DNA of 64,000 nucleotides. It comes from an uncultured Candidatus Saccharibacteria bacterium (lineage in GTDB: Bacteria; Patescibacteriota; Minisyncoccia; Phycocordibacterales; UBA2100). Below the pieces are notes generated by a model that saw only the letters and a program-made list of their open reading frames with translations, ran no database searches and was not told the origin of the DNA. The stretch's first letter is position 1; the number at the start of each line of letters is the position of its first letter. The translations under genes and the position numbers were made by a program. Positions 34,874 to 44,350 of this stretch are shown here, piece after piece. The stretch covers positions 9,644-73,643 of the forward strand of contig CAZWFX010000001.1 of assembly GCA_964633425.1 (NCBI GenBank), given 5' to 3'.

Positions 34874-35545
34874 ATGTTGAAGTATTTGGCCTCCCTGGTG
34901 ATTTTGTTCCTTGTGGGGTGCCAAAACGCTCCAGTATCTAAGCCCGGAACCAACCCGAGCAAGCTGTCTCTGGATGCAGGGGAGCTTGACTCCTGCGACG
35001 CCAACAAGCCCTGTAAGTATCGACTAAACGCTACCATCAATAGAGAAAGTGTTTCCAGTGCGATTTCGTGGATTAGCTCTGCTGAAAAGGCAGGATCTAC
35101 GGTCTTTGTGTTGGAGCTAAACACTCCGGGAGGATCTGTCCCGGCCGGGTTTGAGTTGGCCAAGAAAATCGAAGAGGCCAAGGTCCCGGTGGTGTGTGTG
35201 GTCGACGGCATGGCGGCCAGTATGGGGTTTTATATTATTTCCGCGTGCCCTATTAGGGTAATGACTTATCGAAGTATCCTAATGACACACGCTCCGTCGC
35301 TATCAGCCGACATGAGCGGGCAAGTCAACGATTGGGCCTCTGCGGCCGATGCGTTGCGAGCATTGCAGGTTGCCATCGCCGCATTCTGTAATCGTAGATT
35401 AACTACGACAATTGAGGAATACCACTCCAGGACAGACGGGGGAAAGGAGTGGTGGTTTAGCTGGGTTGACGCCAAAAGATACCATGCCGTAGACCTGGTC
35501 GTTAATAGCGTCAGTGAGGTCATGGCGGAATTAAATAAAATATGA
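34874..35545 (+). CDS. ClpP/SppA-fold serine protease homologue with lipoprotein signal peptide
   Basis: MLKYLASLVILFLVGC (lipobox LVGC). ..LELNTPGGSV..VVCVVDGMAASMGFYI.. (ClpP/S49-like Ser motif), ..LMTHAPS... SD TAGGAG before ATG34874. Confidence 0.65.
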   Translation: MLKYLASLVILFLVGCQNAPVSKPGTNPSKLSLDAGELDSCDANKPCKYRLNATINRESVSSAISWISSAEKAGSTVFVLELNTPGGSVPAGFELAKKIEEAKVPVVCVVDGMAASMGFYIISACPIRVMTYRSILMTHAPSLSADMSGQVNDWASAADALRALQVAIAAFCNRRLTTTIEEYHSRTDGGKEWWFSWVDAKRYHAVDLVVNSVSEVMAELNKI

Positions 35546-36159
35546 AGAAATTTTTGATTTACGTGCTATCGGATCCGCTAACAGGCCAGATACGGTATGT
35601 GGGGAAGTCTTCGTCTGGGACACAGAGACCTCTTCATCACGCCACTCCAAATAAATTAAAGAAAGACAGAACCTACAAAGGTAACTGGATTCGAAGCCTT
35701 TTGGCGAAGAATCTTCGTCCTGTAATAGAAATTGTAGAAGAATTTGACGATTCTACAAAACTCAATGAGTCTGAAATATTTTATATTTCTTACTTTAAGA
35801 GTTTAGGATTCAAGTTAACAAATTTAACAAATGGTGGAGATGGGCCATCTGGAATAAAATTTTCGGAAGAACATAAGAGAAAAATCGGAGACGCTCATCG
35901 TGGCAAAACCGTTTCGGTCGAGACAAGAGAAAAGATAAGACGAAACGCATTAAATAGATCCCCCGACTCCATAAGAAAGGGCGTTGAAACAAGGACCTTA
36001 AATGGAAACTATAGGATGTCTCATGAGACTAGAGAGAAGATCAGCAACTCCCTAAAAGGTCGGGTGTTTTCTGCGGAGCACCGAAAGAATCTTTCCGCCG
36101 CAAGACATAGGCAGCTAGCTAGAGAGGTTGAGCTTGAACTGTCAAAAGTTCAGCCATAA
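35542..36159 (+). CDS. GIY-YIG homing endonuclease with NUMOD3-type repeats
   Basis: FLIYVLSD..GQIRYVGKS (GIY..YIG), ..NGGDG.., repeated S.EHRRKIS-like segments (FSEEHKRKIGDAH, VETREKIRRNA, HETREKISNSL, SAEHRKNLSAA). ATGA overlap with the upstream gene. Confidence 0.85.
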   Translation: MKKFLIYVLSDPLTGQIRYVGKSSSGTQRPLHHATPNKLKKDRTYKGNWIRSLLAKNLRPVIEIVEEFDDSTKLNESEIFYISYFKSLGFKLTNLTNGGDGPSGIKFSEEHKRKIGDAHRGKTVSVETREKIRRNALNRSPDSIRKGVETRTLNGNYRMSHETREKISNSLKGRVFSAEHRKNLSAARHRQLAREVELELSKVQP

Positions 36160-36239
36160 AAGATTACCTCGTAACCCAAAATATTCAACAATTTGGCCAA
36201 TTTGAGCCGTAGAGACAATCTACGGGCTATAATCAAGTC

Positions 36240-36665
36240 ATGGCCAATTCATTAAACGTTAAAGAGTTTCATTTTACGACCGTTGGTGTTGACACCAACA
36301 CGACCTGGTCTGGTAAGTTTTCCGTTAAGCTGTCGCTGTCCCCAAGAGACGTTCTGAATCTAGATCGGCTTTACCGTGAATTTATCGGTAACACCAACGG
36401 GACAGAGCCCTCCTCGATCGCCATCTACTACGCCCACATGCTGTCTCAGTTGGCGGTTCGTCTGGTGGAAAAGCCGGAGTGGTGGAAGGACAGCCTAAAC
36501 GGACAAGATCTCAAAGATCCCAACCTATTGGAAGAGGTGTGGGCGCAGGTAAGTCCGATGATTGAAGAGTATCAGGCTTCTATCGCCAAAAAGGCCGAAG
36601 CGGCCAAGCCTTCTATTCGGGCCACCGTAGAGAAGGAAGAGAAGGAAACCGGACTGACCGGGTAA
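36240..36665 (+). CDS. hypothetical late protein (141 aa)
   Basis: ORF preceded by the variant motif ACAATCTACGGG inside the hairpin CCGTAGA-GACAA-TCTACGG. Confidence 0.5.
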   Translation: MANSLNVKEFHFTTVGVDTNTTWSGKFSVKLSLSPRDVLNLDRLYREFIGNTNGTEPSSIAIYYAHMLSQLAVRLVEKPEWWKDSLNGQDLKDPNLLEEVWAQVSPMIEEYQASIAKKAEAAKPSIRATVEKEEKETGLTG

Positions 36666-36680
36666 GGAGAACCTATCGCC

Positions 36681-37250
36681 ATGGCCGACAATGTGGTCAA
36701 AGCCACCATGATCCTGGCCATGGAGGCGGTGCTTTCAGACACAGACGAATATCGTCTCAGGCAGGTCTGTCGGTGGTTCTCTGAGACCTACCACACCCCG
36801 CTGGCAGAGGTGGAGACGGAGCTGCCCATAGAGTACGTGCTCCAGCACTACTACGAGACTCACTACGCAGAACTTAACCACATTTCGCGTAGGGAAGTGG
36901 CTCGTAAACTCATCGAAACGGACGAGGAAAGAAGGGCTCGGCTGGAGAGGGAGGAGAGGGACCGTCGCCGGGGTCTTAGCCTGGGCAAAGAACTGGCAGA
37001 GAAGGGGCTAGATGCCCTATTCGCCAAAGCCAAAATCGCCCATCTGGCGCCTCGACCAGACGTAAAGGCGATATCGGACGATCAGACCAAGAAAATATTA
37101 AAAGACGCTCCGGCCAAGTTGCAGGACTTCAAGCCAATTCAGAAAGAAATCAAAGAGGCCGATCTGCCCAAGGCTTCGGTGAAGAAAGATATCGAGATAG
37201 AATTCGGGACTCTATTCGATGACGACGTTGACTTCTTTTCAAAGAAATAA
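36681..37250 (+). CDS. hypothetical late protein (189 aa), charged/helical
   Basis: ORF upstream of the tape-measure gene; an assembly-chaperone position is possible. Confidence 0.5.
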   Translation: MADNVVKATMILAMEAVLSDTDEYRLRQVCRWFSETYHTPLAEVETELPIEYVLQHYYETHYAELNHISRREVARKLIETDEERRARLEREERDRRRGLSLGKELAEKGLDALFAKAKIAHLAPRPDVKAISDDQTKKILKDAPAKLQDFKPIQKEIKEADLPKASVKKDIEIEFGTLFDDDVDFFSKK

Positions 37251-37286
37251 TGCGATGCGTCAAAGCCCATTTTTCAGTTTTCTAGG

Positions 37287-37300
37287 GACAATCTTTAAGG
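37287..37300 (+). promoter_or_regulatory. CAATCTTTA late-type motif (GACAATCTTTAAGG)
   Basis: 7 nt upstream of ATG37308. Confidence 0.45.
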
Positions 37301-37307
37301 GGAATCC

Positions 37308-37640
37308 ATGAATAACACCTCCGTTACGATTACTTACGATGAAAAGGCCAAAACCTTTACGGCCACTGGGCTTAAGGCCAATGGCTTGCCGGCTGTAGGT
37401 GTTGGACCTACACGCATTCAGGCTCTGTTTAATTTGGAACTGGCTCTCGTAGAGCCACAAGTCCAATACATACCCGTTACGGTCACACCACCGTCTTATC
37501 CAAGTTATCCTGGATATCCAGTTCCAGGGGATTATCCGTACTATCCTTTCTATGTCTACGAGACCCATGGAACTGACTGCGCCGGTGTTGTTGTTAATTC
37601 AAGTCACACCGGTCGTCCCGAATCTCCTAAAAAGGGATAA
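37308..37640 (+). CDS. hypothetical protein (110 aa)
   Basis: ORF with a Pro/Tyr-rich C-terminus (PPSYPSYPGYPVPGDYPYYPFY). Confidence 0.5.
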   Translation: MNNTSVTITYDEKAKTFTATGLKANGLPAVGVGPTRIQALFNLELALVEPQVQYIPVTVTPPSYPSYPGYPVPGDYPYYPFYVYETHGTDCAGVVVNSSHTGRPESPKKG

Positions 37641-37646
37641 TTGTAA

Positions 37647-40079
37647 ATGGCAAAGAAAGAAATAGTATATTCGATTGTCTTTGACAATTCGTCCTTTAAC
37701 AGGGCGATGAGTCAAATACAGGCCTTAGACCAGCAATTCAAGCGTGCCAGTCAAAGCAGTGGCGGGTTTATGGCTGGGGGTGGTTTTGGCGTTCAAGCAC
37801 AGAAGAACCAGACAAGAACGGGGAACCGGCCGGCGACCGGTCAGCAGACCATTGGAGTGCCGCAAGGTCTGACCAAGGCGCTTCAAGATCAGAAGACCTT
37901 GATGGGTGGATTCGAAAAGGAAATTCGTTCAACCTTTCAGATCGTGAATCGAACGGTAATGGACGCGGTGTCTGTCCAGGTGGCTGCCCTGGATCAGCTA
38001 GAGAAGAAACTGGATTCCATCAATCAAAAGATGTCGGCTATGGGTGGCGGCCTCTCAAAGATGGGCGGGGCTGGCTCTACTGCCCAGGGAGGCGGTGGAG
38101 GAGGCGGCGGAGGAGGCGGAAAGGGCGGAAGTGGCAGCGGAGGAGGAGGTACCCAGGGTGGTGGCGGAGCCGCGCAGGGCGGTGGGGGAGGTCGTGGGTT
38201 CAATTACATGGGGATGGCAATTACTGGAGTTGGTGTTGCCGCGCAGATCGCCAAAACCGCCCCATACGAGCTAAATCGAGATCGGGCAATGTATGCTGCC
38301 GCCATCAGAACCCCAGCCATGGAAATGCTTGGGATGACTGGAAGAGGCATGGCTTTTGCTCAGGCCATGAGGGAAAACAGAAACGAATATCGAGCGAGGG
38401 TTGGGTCTAATCAAGACTCGGATTCTTGGTGGGCTAACATGCCAGTCGATATTCGTGGCGGGACATTGGAAAAGTATGGACGGTATGCGGGAGGTGTGGT
38501 TTCGGGAGTCAGCGACTTCGTAAGAGGTCGGTTCGGCAATGCGGCCAAGGACATTTACGACACAAAAAACGCAGAGCTTTCCGGAAACATGGAAAACGTC
38601 CAAGACATCGAAAACTACATGAAGGCCGATCCGAGAAGGTATCTTGGGGCCCAGAGACTTGGAGAAGGCGCGTTCGACAGAGCCAGGATGCAGAGCAAGC
38701 TGCGCCTCGGCAACCGCGACAAGGTAAAGTTCAGGAGAGACGCCAAGACAGGACGGGTGATTCGCGGCGGCGGCATTATGGATGTTGAAGACAACCTGTT
38801 CGAAAATGCCTTGAGTTTGTCTGATCTGGCTGCCGGACAGGACTCGATCGTGGCCACTGGCGGCCTGAGGGCTGCGATTAAGCGCAGGGGCTTGTCTATG
38901 TTGGCAACCCGAGGTGGATACGGGGACGCTGGATCGATCATTGGTTCTTTGGCCAAGATGGGACAGGATCCTTCTAGGTTCTTGCACCAGGTCTCTGGGA
39001 TGAGGTCCTTTGGAAATCCAAAGGTTGGATTTGACGAACAGGCCGGTAACGATCTGGCCAAGGCCATCGCCAGTCAAGTGAACCAAGGGGCTACTAGCGT
39101 CAGCGCCGAAGCGGCTCTTAGAGTGGCCATGGGCGGCATGAGGAGCATCGGCGGATCTGACATGTATCGCCAAGAGGCCCTGGCCCAGGGAGGTGCGTAC
39201 CTCGGAGATCAGGTGTTTGCTGGTAACCTAGATCCACTACAAAAGGCTCGTAACTACAAACATGCACTTCAGGCCTTTGGTGGCAATGCCGCCATCGCTC
39301 GCTATGTTAGTGAAAACCCCAACGCCCAGACCATGATGGAGCAGGCGGCGGCTGGTGGCAAAATGGATTCTTTCTTCCAACAAATGGGTATGTCCGAGGC
39401 TCAGTACAAGGCCGGGATGGCCCAATATGGCAATCTGACCTTCGGCAACAACTTTCGTGGCGTTGCCGACTACTCATCGTCAATCCCAGAAGACAGTCCC
39501 ATGGGTAAGATGCGGAAGATGCTAGAGCAGGGTGGCTTTGGTATGGATTTCGGCAGACTGGCCAAGTCCAAGGGTTGGCAGGGAGAGGAACTCGTTAAGC
39601 ACGCCGAAACAGCGGCTCAACTCTATAGACTTAATCAGATCGCTGATGGTTCTCCCATGGACGACAAGACCGCCAGAGGTGCCATTGGCAGGATGGTAGC
39701 TAGGATATCTCCAGAAGACAAAACCCTAGAGTTGGCTGGATTTAAGGGAGGTCCGGCTGCGCAGGAAAGAGCCGTCCTTGAGGGTCAGAACAAGCTCAAT
39801 AAAGAAGCGGCGAACCAAGCGGCCGAGATGTCTCCTGAAATGATCAAAAATATTAGCGGCATGGGAGAACGCCTGTACGATTTGGGTGGCAAGCTGGGCA
39901 TGTCCATGAAGGACTTCGATCAAGGCCTGCAGAACACCTCAGCCCTATTGGATCAGTTGAACGGTAAGCTCGAAAGCGCCTTTGGTCTTCAGCATCAGGT
40001 AACCGCCGCTGAAAGCAAGGCCATGCTTGATGTTCTGAGAAAGCTTTCTGCCCCATATACGGGAGGAGGCAAGAAGTAA
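37647..40079 (+). CDS. tape measure protein (probable)
   Basis: 810-aa ORF located before the hub/spike genes. It is Gly/Ala/Met/Gln-rich with a poly-Gly tract (about 38090-38200). No enzymatic motif recognised. Confidence 0.6.
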   Translation: MAKKEIVYSIVFDNSSFNRAMSQIQALDQQFKRASQSSGGFMAGGGFGVQAQKNQTRTGNRPATGQQTIGVPQGLTKALQDQKTLMGGFEKEIRSTFQIVNRTVMDAVSVQVAALDQLEKKLDSINQKMSAMGGGLSKMGGAGSTAQGGGGGGGGGGGKGGSGSGGGGTQGGGGAAQGGGGGRGFNYMGMAITGVGVAAQIAKTAPYELNRDRAMYAAAIRTPAMEMLGMTGRGMAFAQAMRENRNEYRARVGSNQDSDSWWANMPVDIRGGTLEKYGRYAGGVVSGVSDFVRGRFGNAAKDIYDTKNAELSGNMENVQDIENYMKADPRRYLGAQRLGEGAFDRARMQSKLRLGNRDKVKFRRDAKTGRVIRGGGIMDVEDNLFENALSLSDLAAGQDSIVATGGLRAAIKRRGLSMLATRGGYGDAGSIIGSLAKMGQDPSRFLHQVSGMRSFGNPKVGFDEQAGNDLAKAIASQVNQGATSVSAEAALRVAMGGMRSIGGSDMYRQEALAQGGAYLGDQVFAGNLDPLQKARNYKHALQAFGGNAAIARYVSENPNAQTMMEQAAAGGKMDSFFQQMGMSEAQYKAGMAQYGNLTFGNNFRGVADYSSSIPEDSPMGKMRKMLEQGGFGMDFGRLAKSKGWQGEELVKHAETAAQLYRLNQIADGSPMDDKTARGAIGRMVARISPEDKTLELAGFKGGPAAQERAVLEGQNKLNKEAANQAAEMSPEMIKNISGMGERLYDLGGKLGMSMKDFDQGLQNTSALLDQLNGKLESAFGLQHQVTAAESKAMLDVLRKLSAPYTGGGKK

Positions 40080-42032
40080 GTGCCATTAGTACGATCAAAA
40101 TCAAAGCCTGATCAAAAATCAAAGACTAATCAAAAATCAACAAGAGGTATGGTTTTTGATGTTTATGAGAACCTGACACAGGGTACGGGATCTGATGGTG
40201 TGACCAGCTTTTCTCCTGGCTGGATGGTGGCCGTGTTTCGGTTGGCCAACCAGATGTCTTACGACAGGCAGACTGGTCAATCAATCCAGAAAATGGCTGG
40301 GGAAGGGGCCGAGCTTGAAGGAGACAACCCGCTTATTATCACGTCTTCGTGTGTAGGTCTTACAACTACATCGTCAAAGTCAAACCACATACACTCACTA
40401 ACAGCTACGCTAAAAGCTAGCTCAGACGCCGACTATCTGACCGAGATCTTGCCAGGCGACTGGATCATGGCTTGGATGTTCGATGACGTCGAGCGAATGC
40501 CTGAGGTAGCTCGACGTCTGAAAGACAAGCAGCCGGTAAATGGTATCGACGATGGCCTGAAGTTTGTGGGCCGTGTGGACAGCGTTTTTAAGAACCTAGA
40601 CCAGCGAAAAGACGGAACCAAGGTTATTACCTTTGACGTTAATGCTACGGCCTTTACGGAACTAGATTCATCCATTATCTATTTCGTAGATTTGTCTGAA
40701 GCTTCCATTCAGAGCTTTACTGCATGGATGACCAAGATTGGCCTAGATCTGACCGAGTTGTTTTTCGACAACGGAAACACTTCAGAAGTAACAGATAACG
40801 TACAAATCATAATCACCAAGCTGTTTGAGATTATGCTGGGGAAAGGGGCCCGGAAGGGCCCCGGTGGAATTTCACCAGGTCAGGTCGAGGGTCTGGGGGC
40901 AGCCGTGGGCGCTGGACTGGGCGCGGCGTCTACCGTAGCCGCAAAAGACACCGAAATTGATCATGAAGCTGAAAAGGCCGCTCCGTTTGCGTATGTGGTC
41001 CCTGAGAGAATCGGGCAGGCACTTGGCCGTAAGTCACGGAAAGGAAGCGGAATTCTGGCCTACGCAGACATGCTGGAAATCATTGCCGGTAGACAGGAAT
41101 TTGACGGCAATTCCATGGTCACACAAATCGAAAAGCAAAAGGGTACTTTGTACGAGACCAAGCGACCGGTTAAAGGCGTGTTTCTACCAGTCCCAGTGTC
41201 ATTTGTGAATAAGCCACTGTGGCAAATGGCCCAGCAATTCTTAAACCCAACCATCAACGAGATGTTTTCTTCGTTGAAGATTAGTCCTAATGGCGATGTG
41301 ATCCCCACGATGGTGTTGAGACAAATCCCGTTTACCACAGAAGACTTTGATGAGTCTTCTCTTCTCAAGGTAGGGTATGGTGTCACCCGGTTCTTAGATC
41401 TACCCAGATGGAAGATTGATGGACGTATGGTATGTTCTTACAAGGTGGGCCGTTCTAATGCCACCAAGATGAACTTGGTTCATGTGGGTATCCATTCAAA
41501 CCTGTATCGAGCTGGCTACACCATGTCCAGACAAATGGTGGAAAACCCGCCGATTGTCGATGGATTGGACATCCAACGAACCGGAGTCAGACCCTATATG
41601 ACCACGGTGGCCATGGACAATCCGTCAAAGGAAAACAATGTGCCGTCGGAGGTGATGAAATTAATCGCAGATCGGCTCATGACTTCACACCTTACCTTAA
41701 ACGGACAGATTCGTGTGGTCGTCGGCATTAAGGCTCCAATCTCGGTAGGAGACAATCTCCAATTCAAAGACACGGTGTTCCACATTGAAGGGGTAACCCA
41801 TACGTGTGGCATAGGTCCTGACGGAAGCAAGTCGTTCACCACCACGCTAAGTCTAAGCAATGGTCTAAGGGATATCAAAAAAATGGGCGGCAATGATCAG
41901 ACCGACCGAAACATTTATCAGGGTATCCGGAAACGGAGCGTCCAGACCGGTAAGGCGGACCTGCAAGAAAACGATCCAGGGCAGACCAAAGAAGGATCTG
42001 GATATCTGGCAGAAAAGCGAAAGAAGAGCTAA
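40080..42032 (+). CDS. baseplate hub / gpD-gp27-like protein (probable)
   Basis: 650-aa ORF between the TMP and the spike-like gene. GTG start overlaps the TMP stop (TAAGTG); an alternative ATG at 40149 lies after the tandem repeat. Confidence 0.55.
   Translation: MPLVRSKSKPDQKSKTNQKSTRGMVFDVYENLTQGTGSDGVTSFSPGWMVAVFRLANQMSYDRQTGQSIQKMAGEGAELEGDNPLIITSSCVGLTTTSSKSNHIHSLTATLKASSDADYLTEILPGDWIMAWMFDDVERMPEVARRLKDKQPVNGIDDGLKFVGRVDSVFKNLDQRKDGTKVITFDVNATAFTELDSSIIYFVDLSEASIQSFTAWMTKIGLDLTELFFDNGNTSEVTDNVQIIITKLFEIMLGKGARKGPGGISPGQVEGLGAAVGAGLGAASTVAAKDTEIDHEAEKAAPFAYVVPERIGQALGRKSRKGSGILAYADMLEIIAGRQEFDGNSMVTQIEKQKGTLYETKRPVKGVFLPVPVSFVNKPLWQMAQQFLNPTINEMFSSLKISPNGDVIPTMVLRQIPFTTEDFDESSLLKVGYGVTRFLDLPRWKIDGRMVCSYKVGRSNATKMNLVHVGIHSNLYRAGYTMSRQMVENPPIVDGLDIQRTGVRPYMTTVAMDNPSKENNVPSEVMKLIADRLMTSHLTLNGQIRVVVGIKAPISVGDNLQFKDTVFHIEGVTHTCGIGPDGSKSFTTTLSLSNGLRDIKKMGGNDQTDRNIYQGIRKRSVQTGKADLQENDPGQTKEGSGYLAEKRKKS
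40093..40144 (+). repeat. imperfect tandem repeat (about 2.8 x 17-19 nt)
   Basis: GATCAAAATCAAAGCCT / GATCAAAAATCAAAGACTA / ATCAAAAATCAACAAG, at the TMP/hub junction. If translated it encodes KSKPDQKSKTNQKS. Confidence 0.6.
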
Positions 42033-42035
42033 AGA

Positions 42036-43049
42036 ATGCCAAACATCCTATACGACGGTACGGTTGTCCCTTATGGGTTTCAGGTAACCGAAGGCGAGCA
42101 GTATTCCAGCTGGGACCTGCAAAACGACTACCAGCTTTTGGCTGGTGAGGTCAAGTCGGTTGTGTATCCGGATGACGTCAAGTCTAGAACCAAGAAGTTC
42201 CTAGAATATGTGGTTTACGTTCAGTATCGCGGAAACGGAGTAACTCAGGGTAAATACTATCAGGGTTGTGTCGTGATGAATGCGCTGGGCTCCAAGGCGG
42301 ATCGCTCAACATACACCCTAAGAGCGAACGGCAAGGTTGGAGAAGACAAGGACAATAACAACCTGGGCCTGGGGTCTAAAGTCCTCATCTTGCTGGTCAA
42401 TGGAGATGTCGGGACTCCCGTTATTATAGGCGGACTTCCGGATCCCACCGACGAATCCCAAAAGGACTTCGAAAAGGACAAGTCCTTGTTTAGCTGGGTG
42501 TTTAACGGGATCTCGGTCAACATAAACGACGACGGAGAGGCCACGATCACCTACACAGGGAAATCCAAGAACGACGGCACCACCGACGTGGAAGACACCG
42601 TGGCTGGCTCCTATGTCAAAATGGACAAGGACGGTAATGTCCTAATCAGCGACAAAGACGGTAAAAACTCCGTCAAGGTCAACCACAAAGACGGCAATGT
42701 GGAAATCCAAAGAGACAAAAAATTAAAGATCGGGGACGCCGATGAAGCGTTTGTCTTGGGAACCACCTACAGAAAACAACAAAAGCAACTGCATGCAAAA
42801 ATGCAAAGTATGCTAAGTACGCTGCAAAATCTAACCCAGCAACTGGGTACTGCCTTGGCTACGGCCGGAGGAAAGATGGCCGTGCCGATGTCCGGGGCGG
42901 TGGCTGCGGCCACTGACATGGCCCAAGCCGGAGCTTTCGCCATTTCGGCCTCTCAGATCGTTAAGCAGCTCGGGGATGCCGTGAAGGCCTTTGAGGATGC
43001 CGGACAGCAGACCGACTACATATCAAAGAAAAATTTTGCTGACAAGTAG
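42036..43049 (+). CDS. baseplate central spike / gpV-gp5 OB-fold-like protein (probable)
   Basis: 337 aa. The N-terminal ..LLAGEVKSVVYPDD..VVMNALGS..KVLILLVNGDVGTPVIIGGLPD resembles the gpV/VgrG OB core. The C-terminus is coiled-coil. Confidence 0.55.
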   Translation: MPNILYDGTVVPYGFQVTEGEQYSSWDLQNDYQLLAGEVKSVVYPDDVKSRTKKFLEYVVYVQYRGNGVTQGKYYQGCVVMNALGSKADRSTYTLRANGKVGEDKDNNNLGLGSKVLILLVNGDVGTPVIIGGLPDPTDESQKDFEKDKSLFSWVFNGISVNINDDGEATITYTGKSKNDGTTDVEDTVAGSYVKMDKDGNVLISDKDGKNSVKVNHKDGNVEIQRDKKLKIGDADEAFVLGTTYRKQQKQLHAKMQSMLSTLQNLTQQLGTALATAGGKMAVPMSGAVAAATDMAQAGAFAISASQIVKQLGDAVKAFEDAGQQTDYISKKNFADK

Positions 43050-43070
43050 GGTCGTTACCCTGTTTTCTTC
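43048..43070 (+). terminator. weak Rho-independent terminator
   Basis: AGGGT-CGTT-ACCCT followed by GTTTTCTTC. It overlaps the stop codons of the two convergent genes. Confidence 0.35.
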
Positions 43071-43759
43071 CACTGGACTGGTCTTTCCGGGCTAACTGGC
43101 TTGGCCAGTGAAACTGGGCTAACCGGGGACGCCAGTCTTACCAAATCCTTCCTAAGTTTCGAGATGGTCTCTAGTGGAGCCAGAGTGGATTCCGCTGTGG
43201 CTGTAATTTTAGGCCAGGATGCCGCAGCCTGGATTTCGGTGGTCAGCTCTCCAAGATTTTGGGAGAACTCAGCCGCCAGGACGGGCCACTGGGCCTTGGC
43301 TGTAAGTTCTACCGTGCAGTCAGCCAGGGAGGACTTCGAGACGGCCTTTATTGCCGGCCATTTGACCGCCAATTTGGCCTTGGTGGAACATGCCTCCAGG
43401 GCAATTTCGGAAGATGCCTCGATGGGTAGATGACCCTTTTTGTTGGCCTTTTTGGGCTTACGTTTGGTCTTAGAAGGCGTCTCTGGCCCACGGCCATATC
43501 CGACAGTCCCAATCATTGGTGGGACGTTTTGGGCGGGTTGTACGACGGACGGATTGGTGACCGTAACGGTGGCCGTCGAGGTGCAGCCGGTCAGAGTTAT
43601 ATCGCACGCAAAATCTGCGTGTACTTCTAGGACCGCTTCCCCGGTTAGTGGCTCTAGGGTCTGCCAGCCATGGTAATTACCATCGTCGGCGGTTTGTCCG
43701 AAGTAGGCAGCTGGAAAGTACCCAAATGGGAAGTATCCATTACCAAAGAAATCAGACAT
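43055..43759 (-). CDS. hypothetical structural protein (234 aa)
   Basis: Last ORF of the minus-strand fibre block. Confidence 0.5.
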   Translation of the reverse strand: MSDFFGNGYFPFGYFPAAYFGQTADDGNYHGWQTLEPLTGEAVLEVHADFACDITLTGCTSTATVTVTNPSVVQPAQNVPPMIGTVGYGRGPETPSKTKRKPKKANKKGHLPIEASSEIALEACSTKAKLAVKWPAIKAVSKSSLADCTVELTAKAQWPVLAAEFSQNLGELTTEIQAAASWPKITATAESTLAPLETISKLRKDLVRLASPVSPVSLAKPVSPERPVQWKKTG

Positions 43760-43762
43760 GGG

Positions 43763-44347
43763 TTAGTCCCCCGTGTCGTAGGTAATGGCTGTACGGTTGC
43801 CGTCACCGTCGACCGTGGCCGTGACCCGGTCTTTGGTGTCTCCGACGTTTCGGATAGTAATGGTCGGCCCTGGAGCACCGGAGATTTTGCCTGCAGAAAC
43901 GGCCGCCAGCAGTCTAATGGCAGATTTTAGGTCTAGGCCTGCCTCTACCGAAGCAGACAAGATGGAATTGACTAAATCGTTCGTTACGTCAATGGTTACC
44001 AAGCCGGCTGAGTTGTTGGACCGAACAGAAACGTTATTTACGTTCGTTACGTCTTCGATATTGGAGTTCGCTCCGGCCAGCCGAACAGCATAAGATCCAT
44101 TTTCAAAGGTAACGGTGTAGCCGTTGATGATTTCTACGATCCTGGCGTAGGTGACACCACCAAGGCTTACTTCGGTGTTGTGGTTGTGTGTGGTTGGGTG
44201 AGACATACCGGCCTCGCTGTCTTCTAGATCCTTAAGGTCTAAGCGAAACTGGTTGATGTCTAGTTCATATACTCCACCCCCTACGCTAGTCAGGTATGAC
44301 TGCGGTACGTAAATTACCTTTGTTCCCCAGTCGATGCTAATGGCCAT
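43763..44347 (-). CDS. hypothetical tail-fibre-associated protein (194 aa)
   Basis: ORF in the fibre block. Confidence 0.5.
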   Translation of the reverse strand: MAISIDWGTKVIYVPQSYLTSVGGGVYELDINQFRLDLKDLEDSEAGMSHPTTHNHNTEVSLGGVTYARIVEIINGYTVTFENGSYAVRLAGANSNIEDVTNVNNVSVRSNNSAGLVTIDVTNDLVNSILSASVEAGLDLKSAIRLLAAVSAGKISGAPGPTITIRNVGDTKDRVTATVDGDGNRTAITYDTGD

Positions 44348-44350
44348 AGG

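Noticed and set aside
38090-38200. A GGN-rich repetitive stretch that might be a tandem repeat or array.
   Set aside because: It is in frame within the 810-aa tape-measure-like ORF and simply encodes a poly-Gly/low-complexity linker (GGGGGGGGGKGGSGSGGGG...). There is no spacer/repeat periodicity.
38271-39173. A 300-aa antisense ORF. The same applies to 3147..3890(+), 33981..34508(+), 23409..23909(+), 56918..57466(+), 15110..15664(-), 45915..46298(+) and many others in the track.
   Set aside because: Each lies fully inside a longer opposite-strand ORF that has recognisable domains or operon context. Their translations are Arg/Ser/Pro/Gly-rich, as expected from antisense reading of a roughly 50% GC coding sequence.
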